Positions 30,480 to 40,856 are shown, counted from the stretch's first letter. The stretch is DNA of 64,000 bases from an uncultured Verrucomicrobiae bacterium (GCA_963782115.1 CAWAIK010000003.1:416001-480000); one strand, 5' to 3'. The notes: generated from the sequence alone by a model not told the origin. Translations and numbers: made by a program.

Positions 30480-30806
30480 TCAGGCGATACCGGTCGCGAC
30501 ATCTTCGAGCCGGGTCAACTGCGTTGACTCGATCTTCTGGACGATCGGCCCATCTTTTTCGCTGGCCTCTTTAGCATCAATCCATTCTTGATCGCTGTGG
30601 AAGCTGTTCCAGCTCGATTCCATGGACGAAGCGGACTCCCATTCCAAGACGTACCAGATTTGGCCAGACCCTTTAGCGTCGATCCAGAAGTTCATGATTT
30701 TAAAGCCCTTTTTTCTGAAGATGTCGAATGTATGGTTCTTAAAGCGGTTCAAGATTGCAGTTTCCTTGCCCGGTACCGGGATATAGTGGCGCAGCTCGTA
30801 AATCAT
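30480..30806 (-). CDS. NIPSNAP-family protein
   Basis: MIYELRHY..PGK...RFKNHT, W..F..DQEW, SEKDGPIV. Confidence 0.9.
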   Translation of the reverse strand: MIYELRHYIPVPGKETAILNRFKNHTFDIFRKKGFKIMNFWIDAKGSGQIWYVLEWESASSMESSWNSFHSDQEWIDAKEASEKDGPIVQKIESTQLTRLEDVATGIA

Positions 30807-31028
30807 ACAGGAACATGTTGCATCCCCGCTTGAGGCTACGGACACCAAGGCACCGGCGTGCGCCATGATACTACCGACGCACACCGGCCCGAAAGCAACT
30901 CCTTTTTGGCGGGAGTCGGATCGCTTGCGAAAGCCCTGAAAAAATCATTCGAGAGCTTGCCGCCTACATCAGCCGCATCTTTTTAGAAGCATTCTCGGCA
31001 ACATAGTGGTTGAGTTCGGCGCCGCGAT

Positions 31029-32009
31029 TTAACGCTTCTCTCCCCCCGTATCTCGTTCGACGCGGGTAGTCTTACCGCTTTCATCGACATCAACGTCTTC
31101 GCGTCGGACGTTCTCTCGAATTGTCTCCTGCTCGACGCCTTGGGTCTTCCGCAGACGTACGCCACCGGTAACACGAGTTTCTTTTTCAACGACGGGCTCT
31201 TCGCGGTTTAACGGAACCTTGATCTGCTCTTCCCGAAATGGTTCCGTGCCACTTGACTCAACCTCGTGGGCGGCAACGCGTTCAACAACAATGTCTTCGT
31301 GCTTCAGTTCAACAGGCACGTTGACCTGTTCGGTGGTTACGGTCTTGTGGAGCTTTACTTCGCCAGCACCAACCGTTCTCTTGCCGACTTTTACCTCTTC
31401 TTCCGAGAGAGGCACCTCGACAGTGTCACCTCCCGTTTCTCGTATTGGAATGTCAGCCGTTGTCTCGGATACCTCATGTTCGGCCCTGTACGGCCGGGTT
31501 GCCACTCGCTCTGAGCGGGAGCCCGATGTCGGACCAAGACCCAAATCGGTGCTCTCTCCTTCACCGATCTCACCTCTCCAACCACCCGTCTCGCGTCCTC
31601 TTTCTTCCATATAATCTCGGAACCGTTGTAGGTCTCCTTCAATGCGTCCCGACGGAATCCCTAAGGCGTCGCCAGTTCTCTCCAACAACCCTTCAGGCTC
31701 GTACCCGATCGTTGCATTGACTCGCGTCAAATCAGCACCCAATTCTTCGAACGTTATAGTTCCTGAGTTCGGACTTCCATCGACGCTCTCCCAAGCGATT
31801 CTTTGGTCGGGAACCTGATCTGTAATTTCGGCCTCCCATTCTTTGACTTTCCCGGCGATCTTCGCTTTCCAAAATAAAAACTTCTCGCCTTCTTGACGGA
31901 CTTCTTCAACGCCTTCCATGAAGTGTGGAAATTCTTCAAATTGAGTCCATTGATTGTAGACCGCTCTGAGCGGTGCATTGACTTCTATAGAGTGAGTACT
32001 AACTCCCAT
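31029..32009 (-). CDS. SRPBCC (polyketide-cyclase-like) domain fused to a YsnF/AvaK (DUF2382) domain
   Basis: N-terminal YNQWTQFEEFPHFMEGV...WEAEITDQVPDQRIAW; C-terminal VPLSEEEVKVGKR..GEVKLHK.V.TE, VRREDV. Confidence 0.85.
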   Translation of the reverse strand: MGVSTHSIEVNAPLRAVYNQWTQFEEFPHFMEGVEEVRQEGEKFLFWKAKIAGKVKEWEAEITDQVPDQRIAWESVDGSPNSGTITFEELGADLTRVNATIGYEPEGLLERTGDALGIPSGRIEGDLQRFRDYMEERGRETGGWRGEIGEGESTDLGLGPTSGSRSERVATRPYRAEHEVSETTADIPIRETGGDTVEVPLSEEEVKVGKRTVGAGEVKLHKTVTTEQVNVPVELKHEDIVVERVAAHEVESSGTEPFREEQIKVPLNREEPVVEKETRVTGGVRLRKTQGVEQETIRENVRREDVDVDESGKTTRVERDTGGEKR

Positions 32010-32123
32010 GTTTTAACAACTTTCCTTTAATTTTTTTAGGCTTGTTCCAACTTGTTCGGATGCTGCTCTTGAGTCGGCCCTATTTATCAACAAGGAACTG
32101 CTTATAGCGTGGAACCGAACTGA

Positions 32124-32354
32124 TTAAGTAACGAAGAGGTCAAAGAAGGTCTCTGACCTCTTAGGAACAAATCCCCAGTCAAAAGGATAAGACAAACCTA
32201 AGGGTAAGGAATGAGCGACCGTGAAAGCTCCTAGCATGATTTCATACTTGAGCTTTACCAGCGAACCCTTAGGCGCTTCCACAACGGCGTGAACGGCACC
32301 GTCCTCGCTGTACCTCGGCAAATTGGATAGAAGATGAGGATCTTTGTTTTTCAT
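32124..32354 (-). pseudogene. Truncated inorganic pyrophosphatase
   Basis: VVEAPKGS..KLKY and YPFDWGFVP, then stops before the catalytic DGDPLD motif. Confidence 0.8.
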
Positions 32355-32365
32355 TCTTTCGGAAT

Positions 32366-32872
32366 TCAACTTTTGGCTCTAGGACTGCCGCCGTGTCGGC
32401 GTCTGGTGCCCAGTTTTTGAGTCCAAGGAAAAAGATACCACAAGCCAATGAACATCAGGATCGTAACGACACCGACAGCGGCGCTCAACGTCGAGTTGTC
32501 CAGGATGAATCGAGTAAGGAGGAACAGATCTATCGTAATGCTGAGCATCAGCGGAAGCATGGCGCACTCCAGAAAACGAGAAGCAAGTTCAACAAAACGG
32601 CGTGAGACCATTCCTCTCTCCGCGATCCGATGATACGCGGCCGGAGTCATGATAAGGGCAATTGAAACGGCCAACAAAAGGAGAGCAATTAGGTGAAGAA
32701 GCTGTTCTGTATGCGTGAGATCTTGGAAACGATTATTAAAGACAGCAATTAACTGAAAACCGAAAAATGCCTGGATGCCGGGAAGGACCATTCTGGCTTC
32801 TTCGATCACCGTTCTTGTTTCTTCTTCGAGGCTCGCTGGCCGAGCTGCGGACTGCTGATATTCGGGTGGCAT
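32366..32872 (-). CDS. DUF6328-like membrane protein
   Basis: EEARMVLPGIQAFFGFQLIAVF, LIMTPAAYHR, LWY.FP; about 4 TM segments. Confidence 0.8.
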   Translation of the reverse strand: MPPEYQQSAARPASLEEETRTVIEEARMVLPGIQAFFGFQLIAVFNNRFQDLTHTEQLLHLIALLLLAVSIALIMTPAAYHRIAERGMVSRRFVELASRFLECAMLPLMLSITIDLFLLTRFILDNSTLSAAVGVVTILMFIGLWYLFPWTQKLGTRRRHGGSPRAKS

Positions 32873-33105
32873 TCTGAGTCTTCGTTCTATTCGCCCACGA
32901 TTCCTACTGAAATGCAACACTCACCTGACAATCCTTCAAAGAACCTCGATCCGTCACCGATTCGTTACGAGTTTCGCGCCCAAGGAGGCGGACGCCGGCG
33001 AAGAAACCGGAAGGATGAGCCCCTAAATGCGTCAGAGCACCCAATTTTGGCATCACGGTTCATTGGCGAGCACCGCTTGACTTCATGCAAGATACATTGA
33101 TTTAA

Positions 33106-33705
33106 TTGCGTATCGATCTCTCAACGCAAAAATTGCAGGAATTGTGCGCTGTCTTGAATGAGTTCGCTTTGCCCAGAGCAATTGTGGATTTCGAGCGCCA
33201 TTCGTTTGTAGCTTGGAATCCAAGATTTCTTGAGGATACGGGCTTTTCCGAAGACGAACTGAGAACTTCCAAAGCGGACGAATTGCTCACTTTTGGGGAA
33301 TCTTGGTTTCCGCTTTCAGACGAGAAAGAAGGGCAGACAGTCGAATATGTTGCCTGCGCCGCGAGTCGTCCTTTTGGAGGGCGTTCCGCACCGGGATTTG
33401 CAGTCAGGTCTCATGGCAAAATCTGTTACGTGATGCTCAATGTTTTCGACTCTCCGTCTGCACAATTTGAGCAGGGCCGGAACGTGGGCCGAGAAGAAGA
33501 ACGTAACCGAGTCATTGAGACCTTTCATGAGGAAGTTTCTTCTTCAATAATCGCGGCTCTCTTCCTGATTGAAACGGCTAAAAGCGAACTAGAAGAGGCG
33601 GGGTTGCCCCAAGCCGGGGCCGTTGCAAAAGCGTCAGACATTCTCGCCGAAACCACCGAGAAAATAGCGCACGTGATCGGAAAAGAAGGCCGAAATTCAG
33701 GGTAA
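33106..33705 (+). CDS. PAS-like domain plus HisKA_3-like helical domain, no ATPase domain
   Basis: FVAWNPRFLEDTGFSEDEL (PAS-type N..F...G motif); REEERNRV...FHEEVSS H-box-like segment. Confidence 0.6.
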   Translation: MRIDLSTQKLQELCAVLNEFALPRAIVDFERHSFVAWNPRFLEDTGFSEDELRTSKADELLTFGESWFPLSDEKEGQTVEYVACAASRPFGGRSAPGFAVRSHGKICYVMLNVFDSPSAQFEQGRNVGREEERNRVIETFHEEVSSSIIAALFLIETAKSELEEAGLPQAGAVAKASDILAETTEKIAHVIGKEGRNSG

Positions 33706-33713
33706 ACCGCTGC

Positions 33714-34106
33714 TCAGTCGTTGAGCACTGTCAGAATCATATCCAGTAACTTGTCTGGAGTGAATGGCTTCGGCAAACAGCCCTGGAATCCGGCATCCAG
33801 TATGCGAGCGCGATCTGCTTGCGAGACGAAGCTGGTCATACCGATCATCGGTACACTGCCTACACCATCGGGACCAAATGCTCGTATTTGACGCAGCAAC
33901 TCGAAGCCGTCCATGCCAGGCATTTTAATGTCGGACACCACCAAATCCGGATGGTTCTCTCTTATCGCCTCAAGGCCCTCGAACCCATTTCTTGCCGTCA
34001 CGACCCTTGCACCCAAGTGACGCAAGAACATGCCCAGATACCTTCGGGCGTCATCATGATCTTCGACCACGACAACCGTGAGATTGTTGAGACGGTTGGG
34101 GGACAT
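33714..34106 (-). CDS. Single-domain response regulator (REC)
   Basis: VVVEDH, PDLVVSDIKMPGMDGFELL, GF...LPKPF. Confidence 0.93.
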   Translation of the reverse strand: MSPNRLNNLTVVVVEDHDDARRYLGMFLRHLGARVVTARNGFEGLEAIRENHPDLVVSDIKMPGMDGFELLRQIRAFGPDGVGSVPMIGMTSFVSQADRARILDAGFQGCLPKPFTPDKLLDMILTVLND

Positions 34107-34609
34107 AAGGCCAGCCCATTACGATGTCTTGCCCATTGTTAAGTTCGTCCAGATAGCACTCAGCGGATGTTCCAAATGCCAAATTTTTTCTTTACCACAA
34201 TTATTGGAGATTCGAGCGGAGTTTTCGCTGGCTCCCTCCTTAAAAATCGGTGCAAGTATCATCGACCGGATCATTAGTGAAGGATTCGGAGGTGATCGAA
34301 GGCAGAATGTGACAAGGACCTTGCCATTACGGAGTAATCGACATGGCCCATATGTTCGCTTGAACATGCCCGATTGAGGCTCAAACCGGACGTTAGGATG
34401 TGCGTTCAACCAACCGGGGACAATGAGGTGTGCGCAGGGGATCACCGGCGGTATTTAGCGCTTGGTAATCCAGGCCCGTTGTCAATAAATCCAGCACAGA
34501 TCCGGTGATTCAGGTAACTTCTAGTACTCTGAGCTGTCTGCGGCCGTAAAATACAAACGCAGACCACGTTTTTGCTGTTTGGCAGTGATTGCGACCATAA
34601 CCTGATGCT

Positions 34610-34963
34610 ATGCCATCCCCAGACATTTACGTGCAAATGACTGTTACCGCGCATGACCGTGCATCTGGACATCCTTCCGACAGTCCCCAAACAGTGATCG
34701 TCGAAGTGCCCAGCGCCCGGATCGAAAGGTATCGGAAACAATCGCCATATGCAGGCGAAGCCACCGACGAACAGCTTGCCGAATATCTTGCAGGCGAAAT
34801 CGGTCCGCACGTGTTGGCAAGGACTGGCTTCCACCAATCCGGGCGTTGGTGTATCGATTCCATCGCACTTCCCAAACGCCCACAATGGATCGAAGCGCGC
34901 CAATCCGATTTCAGTTATGACAGCATGAAGGCGTGGCTGCCGACGCGCCAGTCCTTCGTTTAG
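34610..34963 (+). CDS. Hypothetical protein
   Basis: 117-aa ATG-started ORF with globular-like composition in an otherwise empty gap. Confidence 0.55.
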   Translation: MPSPDIYVQMTVTAHDRASGHPSDSPQTVIVEVPSARIERYRKQSPYAGEATDEQLAEYLAGEIGPHVLARTGFHQSGRWCIDSIALPKRPQWIEARQSDFSYDSMKAWLPTRQSFV

Positions 34964-35019
34964 GGATTCTCCAGCTCAGGAAGAAGAGATTGCTCGGGCT
35001 TTATCCAACTCGCCGTAGT

Positions 35020-37695
35020 CTACGGTTGTGAATCCACCTCGGATTTCAGGGCAAACGGGCCTGACAACGGGAGATCCTGTGACGAGCCGCCAACCAGGAT
35101 CTTGTAAGTACCGGCTTGTGCGTCCCACAAATGTTTGGTGGTATTAAAGAATGCAAAAGAACGCTGGTCCAGATCGAGGGTTACTTTTCTCGACTGGCCG
35201 GGCCGCAAAAACACTTTCTCAAACCCCTTTAACTCTTTGATGGGCCGATCTATTGGCGAGTTTACGGGGGCAACATAGAGTTCGGCGATTTCTGCTCCGG
35301 CACGCGGGCCGGTATTGCTGACCGTAAAGGTTACTTTTACGAGGCCGTGATCTTCGTTGTCGTCCTCAACTTTGCTCGCCGGAAAACTAATTCTGGCAAG
35401 AGGTTGTTCCTGGCTTTCATCCTCTTTCCCATTGAGAGGCTCGATGTCTAGATCCGAATAAGCAAACGTTGTATAGGACAATCCATATCCAAACGGGAAT
35501 TGGGGCTCAATCTGGTTTTTCTCATATCCACGATATCCCACATATATCCCTTCGGTGTACTGAATCGTTGAGGCGTTGCTGACCAGAGGGTAGTTGGTGG
35601 TTGTCGGATTATCCTGTAAATGTTTCTCCAATGTCACCGGCAGCTTGCCGGAAGGATTTACGTCAGCGAAGAGAATCTGAGCCAGTGCGAGCCCACCGTT
35701 CTCCCCGGGATACCAGGCGTGAATCAGGCCGGGGACCGCATTGATCCATTTTTGCATGTCGAAATTGCTTGGGCCATGCAAGACGACGATCGTTCGCGGA
35801 TTTTGGGTAACTACGCTTTGAACTAATTCATCCTGATATTCAGGTAATATGAGGGCCTGTTCGAGGACGCTTAAGCCTTGGTCTTCGAATTTGAACGATA
35901 GGTCGAGACCTTCTCCATCGTATTCATTGTCAATCCCCTGACACATCACTACGGCGTCATAGGTTGAGATGAGCGGCGGTACTACCAATGGCGTCCAACT
36001 AAGCTGAACACCTTGCAGTGCTCCACTATCGCCAGCGAACCCGCTGGTCCGATGATACTCCAACCGCACCGCGTAGGCCTGACCGGCTTGCAAATAGATC
36101 TTTGTGAAGGTGGGAATGGTCGTTCCATAGACCGGGGGCGGCATCGGAGAAAGGAATGTGTCGATTACGAGTTGCCCATTGACATAAAGGCGAACTCCTC
36201 CGTCGGCGCGGACCTTGAACAGGTGATCCCCCGTATATTGGGGGCGTACCCGACCCGTCCAGCGAGCAGAAAAGGTCGCCTGGTTTTTTGATACAGGAAC
36301 TGCGCCTGCCATGGTCCAATCAAAATTCACCTCGCGATCGACTCGGGTCACATCCGGTGAGCCCGACAGATCACTGCTGTTGAAGTATTGAGCCTGAAGA
36401 CCGGCTTCAATAAAACCCGCCGAATCGAGAAAGTCCCAGACCGCAGTCGCTGGATTGGGCGTTCCTGCATCAAAAAAATCGACTCTGACTTTCTGACCAG
36501 CCTGGTATTGAATCCCGTTCAGTTCACTGACATAGTTGAGGACCTTCACGAAGGAGCTGCCAAATCCGGTTGGCGGCACCCCTGGAGCCATCCGGCCCAA
36601 GACAGCAATCGAGCGAATCTTGTTTCGATCCAGCGGCAGAATGTTTCGATCGTTCTTCAGGAGGACAATCCCTTCCTGGGCTTCATAAAGAGCCTCAAGT
36701 TCACTATTGGGATCATCCAAGGGGATCGAACTATCCAGTTGCGGACGGTCCAGGAACCCGAACGACACGATCTTCCGCAAAAGGCGGCGCACCTTATCGT
36801 CGATGTTTGAAAGCGGGATCAAAGGAGTTTGACCACCCGTGATATGCGGAAGTAAGTTGGTGCTGTTCATAAACATGCCGTTGGGCATATCCAAGTCCAT
36901 CCCTGCCTCCGCAGCTAGCACACCGTCTTTGATCGATTGGTAATCAGACATTAAGATCCCATCGAAATCCCATTCCTGCTTAAGAATCTGCGTGTCGAGA
37001 ATTGGGTTCTGAGAGCAAAAGGCACCGTTTTCTGAGTTAAACGCGGCCATGACGGTAGCGGCGTCTCCCCGCGTAACCGCCGCCTCAAATGGAGGCAAAT
37101 AGATTTCGCGCAAGGCACGTTCCGTAACTTCGATATCAATATTTTCCCTCCTATATTCTTGATCATTGCAAACGAAGTGCTTCACGTTTGCCCAGACACC
37201 TTGTTGCTGCATAGCCTCGACCAACGGAACCACAAGCTGGCTGCCGAGATAGGGATCTTCTCCGGTGCTATATTCGAAGTCACGCCCACCTAAGGGGGTA
37301 CGGTAAAAATCTATCCCAGGACCTAAATCAGCATAAAAGCCACGAGCCCTGGCATCTTGCCCGATCTGTCTTCCGCGTCCGCGCGCTCGGTCCGGATTCC
37401 AGGTAGCGGCGAGCGCCAATCCCGCTGGATATCTTGTCGTGGGCTCGAACGGCTGGTGAGCAATACCCAAAGGCCCATTCTCCATAAAAATTTGTGGCAA
37501 GCCTAGTCTCGGAATCGGTTTGATATCCCAAAAACCGGTACCCCCGATATAGCTAAGCTTTTCGTCCAGGGTCATTTGGTTGAGGATATTTTCTACCCTT
37601 AGTTCTACATTCTCTTTGCTCTGTTCACCGCGCACCGTTAGTACGCAGATAAATAACCCGGCCAGAGTGGCTACACTGAGTTTAGCTATTTTCAT
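35020..37695 (-). CDS. Secreted GH3 beta-glucosidase with PA14 insertion and Fn3-like domain
   Basis: Signal peptide; GEDPYL, KHFVCN, ILMSDY nucleophile, LLKND, PA14 FSARWTG, FPFGYGLSYTTF, ELKGFEKV. Confidence 0.95.
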   Translation of the reverse strand: MKIAKLSVATLAGLFICVLTVRGEQSKENVELRVENILNQMTLDEKLSYIGGTGFWDIKPIPRLGLPQIFMENGPLGIAHQPFEPTTRYPAGLALAATWNPDRARGRGRQIGQDARARGFYADLGPGIDFYRTPLGGRDFEYSTGEDPYLGSQLVVPLVEAMQQQGVWANVKHFVCNDQEYRRENIDIEVTERALREIYLPPFEAAVTRGDAATVMAAFNSENGAFCSQNPILDTQILKQEWDFDGILMSDYQSIKDGVLAAEAGMDLDMPNGMFMNSTNLLPHITGGQTPLIPLSNIDDKVRRLLRKIVSFGFLDRPQLDSSIPLDDPNSELEALYEAQEGIVLLKNDRNILPLDRNKIRSIAVLGRMAPGVPPTGFGSSFVKVLNYVSELNGIQYQAGQKVRVDFFDAGTPNPATAVWDFLDSAGFIEAGLQAQYFNSSDLSGSPDVTRVDREVNFDWTMAGAVPVSKNQATFSARWTGRVRPQYTGDHLFKVRADGGVRLYVNGQLVIDTFLSPMPPPVYGTTIPTFTKIYLQAGQAYAVRLEYHRTSGFAGDSGALQGVQLSWTPLVVPPLISTYDAVVMCQGIDNEYDGEGLDLSFKFEDQGLSVLEQALILPEYQDELVQSVVTQNPRTIVVLHGPSNFDMQKWINAVPGLIHAWYPGENGGLALAQILFADVNPSGKLPVTLEKHLQDNPTTTNYPLVSNASTIQYTEGIYVGYRGYEKNQIEPQFPFGYGLSYTTFAYSDLDIEPLNGKEDESQEQPLARISFPASKVEDDNEDHGLVKVTFTVSNTGPRAGAEIAELYVAPVNSPIDRPIKELKGFEKVFLRPGQSRKVTLDLDQRSFAFFNTTKHLWDAQAGTYKILVGGSSQDLPLSGPFALKSEVDSQP

Positions 37696-37907
37696 TTGAG
37701 GCTTCTTCTCGCCGAAGAATGGATCGCGGCGTTGCGTTAAAAATTTCCTGGTTACCCCACTACACGAAGATGGATTTCGGCCCAAACCTTGCAAATTTAC
37801 AATACTATTTTTGTTTTGTTACCATTGCTTTTGACTATGGCGATCCACCGGCAACCCATTTTCAACGCGACCCTCCGGGCCGCGGCCGGTCGGCTGTTTT
37901 TCCGCGT

Positions 37908-38135
37908 ATGAAAAAACAATATTCCGCCCTTGCTGTTTTTCTTTTGGCGTTAGGAGCATTAGCTACTCAATCGTGCGAGTCTACAGACGGTCGTGATTCA
38001 TATTATAACCGAGGCCCTTCCGGCTACTACCACGATGGTCGTTACGCTGAAGACACTGGCTATTATCACGAACGTCGTTACAACAATGGTGACAGCTACG
38101 AGTCGGATCGCCCCACGATCAACCTGCATTTTTGA
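37908..38135 (+). CDS. Small Tyr/Gly-rich lipoprotein
   Basis: MKKQYSALAVFLLALGALATQSC lipobox-like; repeated GYYH. Confidence 0.7.
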   Translation: MKKQYSALAVFLLALGALATQSCESTDGRDSYYNRGPSGYYHDGRYAEDTGYYHERRYNNGDSYESDRPTINLHF

Positions 38136-38599
38136 TCAGATGTCGTTGGCGATCGGCGTTGATTATTCAAGAGAAAGCAAGTCAGAAAGAAACCCTTTTA
38201 GATTATAGTCACTCTCAGGCTCTTGAGAGAGCGCTTCGGAAAAGAAGCGCTCTTTGCCGTGCAGAGTTGAGACAGTCTCTTCGAGGCTTCGTGCAAAGTT
38301 GATCGAAACCCGACGGGCCAAAAGCAGGGTATCTGTTTAGCGCGGTGTAGGACCTCTCCCAATCGTCCGAACTGTGAATAAATTTGTAAAAAACGTTAAC
38401 GGACCAGCTCAGATGTCTCGATCTTTGAACGTTGTCGGCAATCGGCGCGTTTCCCCCGTCCATAGAAGTCGAGAACGACGACGATTACGATTTCAGAACA
38501 AGAGGACGAGTGGGGATTAAGGGGCGTTTCATTCGTTGCTGATCGAGATTTAGACAATGCAGGCCCACATGCCTCCGATGGCGATTAAAGACAGTGACT

Positions 38600-38709
38600 C
38601 TTTGTGATCTTTGCGATCTTCTGTTCAAAAATGACTTTTGCTTTTTTTCTGTCTTAGTGCCGGGGACGAAGAAAAATCATTTGCACAGAAGATCACAAAG
38701 GTCACAAAG
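38600..38709. repeat. Inverted repeat built from 9-bp CTTTGTGAT-like units
   Basis: CTTTGTGATCTTTGCGATCTTCTGTTCAAAAATGA versus reverse complement of TCATTTGCACAGAAGATCACAAAGGTCACAAAG. Confidence 0.8.
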
Positions 38710-38765
38710 ACAATCCTTTCGATAGAAACGGCCTACGCCCGGAGCCACATCTAAGCCCCCGATCA

Positions 38766-39030
38766 GTGCCAAAGGCCCAGTAAATCCCGGGAACTGCTTG
38801 AACCCCACGAAGGCGATAAACGTTATGTCCGCCGCAAGGCGGACGGCACCTTTGGAAAAACCGTCGATGTCGGCAAATCGCTTTCTGCCGACAAACGCAC
38901 CGGGGCCAAAACGAAGGTCCCTAAAGGTCAGGCGGCCGGCGTTCTGGCGAAAATCGAGCCAGAACGAATCATCAATTTTATGACGCTCACGCAATTGAAA
39001 AAATGGCTCGATGGTCTTCGCGCCAGTTGA
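38766..39030 (+). pseudogene. Small basic protein (RELLEPHEGDKRYVRR type), frameshifted just after its GTG start
   Basis: GTG CCA AAG GCC CAG TAA; removing one C gives ...SKSRELLEPHEGDKRYVRRKADGTFGKTVDVGKSLSADKR...KVPKGQ. Confidence 0.6.
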
Positions 39031-39243
39031 AGTGACCCGGCCTCCGGCGGGGAACCCCGGCACTGATGAGTTATTCTTATTTTTCGCGAGACGCCCAGGG
39101 ACCCCGGTCGCTATCGCTGTCAGTAATTATGGTATTTATAAAACTTGGTTTCTAGGCTAAAACTCCTTGACAAATCCGCGTTCCCTCCTCACTTTCCTCC
39201 TCCCTCTGCCATCGGCATTCTGTCGGGTAGAGGTAGCCTAACT

Positions 39244-39459
39244 ATGTCCAGCCAACTTCTTGAGGAAGCTTCCAAAATCATTCCCAACACCGCTTTGCTG
39301 GTGAATCTCGTGTCCAAGCGCGTGCGGCAGTTGACCATGGGTCATCGCCCCCTCGTCGAAGTTGGACCGCGGATGTCCAACGCGGATGTCGCGTTGAAAG
39401 AAATTATTGACGGCAAACTCACCTATGAGTTCCAGCCGGAACCAGCCGCCAAGGTCTAG
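39244..39459 (+). CDS. rpoZ: RNA polymerase omega subunit
   Basis: LVNLVSKRVRQL..GHRPLV...DVALKEI..GKL. Confidence 0.9.
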   Translation: MSSQLLEEASKIIPNTALLVNLVSKRVRQLTMGHRPLVEVGPRMSNADVALKEIIDGKLTYEFQPEPAAKV

Positions 39460-39505
39460 AGGATCCTTCGAGTGCCCTGGCACTAACCTCTCGCGGTAGT
39501 GACTT

Positions 39506-39967
39506 ATGTCCGCTGAGATCGCTTCCAACCGCCGCGCCTTCCACAACTATCAGATTCTCGAACGGATAGAGGCTGGCATCCAACTGCAGGGAACGGAGGT
39601 TAAATCAATCCGAGCCGGCTTGGCGAACCTCAATAACGCCTTTGCGCGAGTCGACAACGGCGAGGTTTATCTCTACGACGCAGATATTCAGCCGTACGAA
39701 CGCGCGAGCCATACCCAGCACGAACCAAAACGCCACCGCAAACTCCTGCTCCACAAGTCGGAGATTGCCAAACTATTTTCCGCCAGCGCGGTGGAGGGCC
39801 AGACACTTGTGGCGCTCCGGCTGTACTGGAAAAACAGCCGCGTGAAAGTCGAAATCGGCGTGGGGCGAGGAAAGTCGACCATCGACAAACGGCACGACCT
39901 CAAAGAGAAAGCTGTCAAAAGAGAAACCGATCGCGCCATGTCCGCATTCAACCGCCGGCACGGATGA
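39506..39967 (+). CDS. smpB: SsrA-binding protein
   Basis: NRRAFHNY, EAGIQLQGTEVKSIR, RKLLLHKSEI, GK...DKR. Confidence 0.97.
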   Translation: MSAEIASNRRAFHNYQILERIEAGIQLQGTEVKSIRAGLANLNNAFARVDNGEVYLYDADIQPYERASHTQHEPKRHRKLLLHKSEIAKLFSASAVEGQTLVALRLYWKNSRVKVEIGVGRGKSTIDKRHDLKEKAVKRETDRAMSAFNRRHG

Positions 39968-40063
39968 GTACGCCCATACGGCAAACGCCGCAGGTTAACC
40001 GTCTCGCTTTGTCCTAAAGAAACAAACGGGACGCGTCCCCGACACGTCGATACGCTGCTCCAC

Positions 40064-40642
40064 CTACCTTCGGCTTGGAAATTTAGCAAGAATCTGGTCC
40101 ACAGCTTCCTTCGCCAAGGCCTGAAGTTTCTTCCCCGACTGTTTCAGATCAACTTTAGTCTTCGCCCAACCTCGCCACAAAAGTACCTTCTTCTTCGGAT
40201 CGACGAAATCGATGACCAGAGTGCCTTTGGACGCCTCTCCAGGGTGATTCGGATCCTGAAATCGTGCAAGGTCCGCTTGAGCCGCCTGGCCTGCCGTCAT
40301 CTCATAACCTAAATAATTGTCCAGAGTCGTCACACTCTCGTTGTCCACCAGCACGATGTGGAAGGCGACCAAAAGATCGGTTTGGCGATTCGGGAAAAAG
40401 CGATATCCCTTTGCATTCAGCGCTGTGAGAATGTCTTGGCTAATCAGAGCGCGCCAATCAAGACCGCTCGAAACCGCTTCTCTGGCCGCCTGGCTCTTGT
40501 CCGGGACAAATCGAAACGTTGAACGCCGCGCAAAGTTAGCGTTGGGAGCTTGTTCGCTGCCGGTTTCAAATTTCGTGACACAACCCGCAAACGCCAGGGC
40601 TAACAAAATGCCCACAAAAAATCGGAAATACGTATAGCTCAT
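40064..40642 (-). CDS. DUF4136-domain lipoprotein
   Basis: Lipobox FAGC; KGTLVIDFVD....LLWRG.A; AVDQILAKFP. Confidence 0.85.
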   Translation of the reverse strand: MSYTYFRFFVGILLALAFAGCVTKFETGSEQAPNANFARRSTFRFVPDKSQAAREAVSSGLDWRALISQDILTALNAKGYRFFPNRQTDLLVAFHIVLVDNESVTTLDNYLGYEMTAGQAAQADLARFQDPNHPGEASKGTLVIDFVDPKKKVLLWRGWAKTKVDLKQSGKKLQALAKEAVDQILAKFPSRR

Positions 40643-40856
40643 ACCAGAATAAAATTGCACCGGGATCATTTGCCTGATGTTGCCGTCTCTTAAACCCAGA
40701 CCCCTCGTGATTGTCAAGCGCGGAGCAGAATGTGGATTGTTGTCGATTGTCTCGCCAATCGTTATCTTGTCGTCGTTATCGTGGTCGGCTTCTTTGGAAG
40801 GTTCAGCAGCTTCACTCAGCTCAACCCGTTTTAGCCGGAAACGGTCAAGGATTCCG

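Noticed and set aside
38136..40063. tmRNA (ssrA) near smpB
   Set aside because: No tRNA-like 5'/3' ends or tag reading frame found in the flanking gaps
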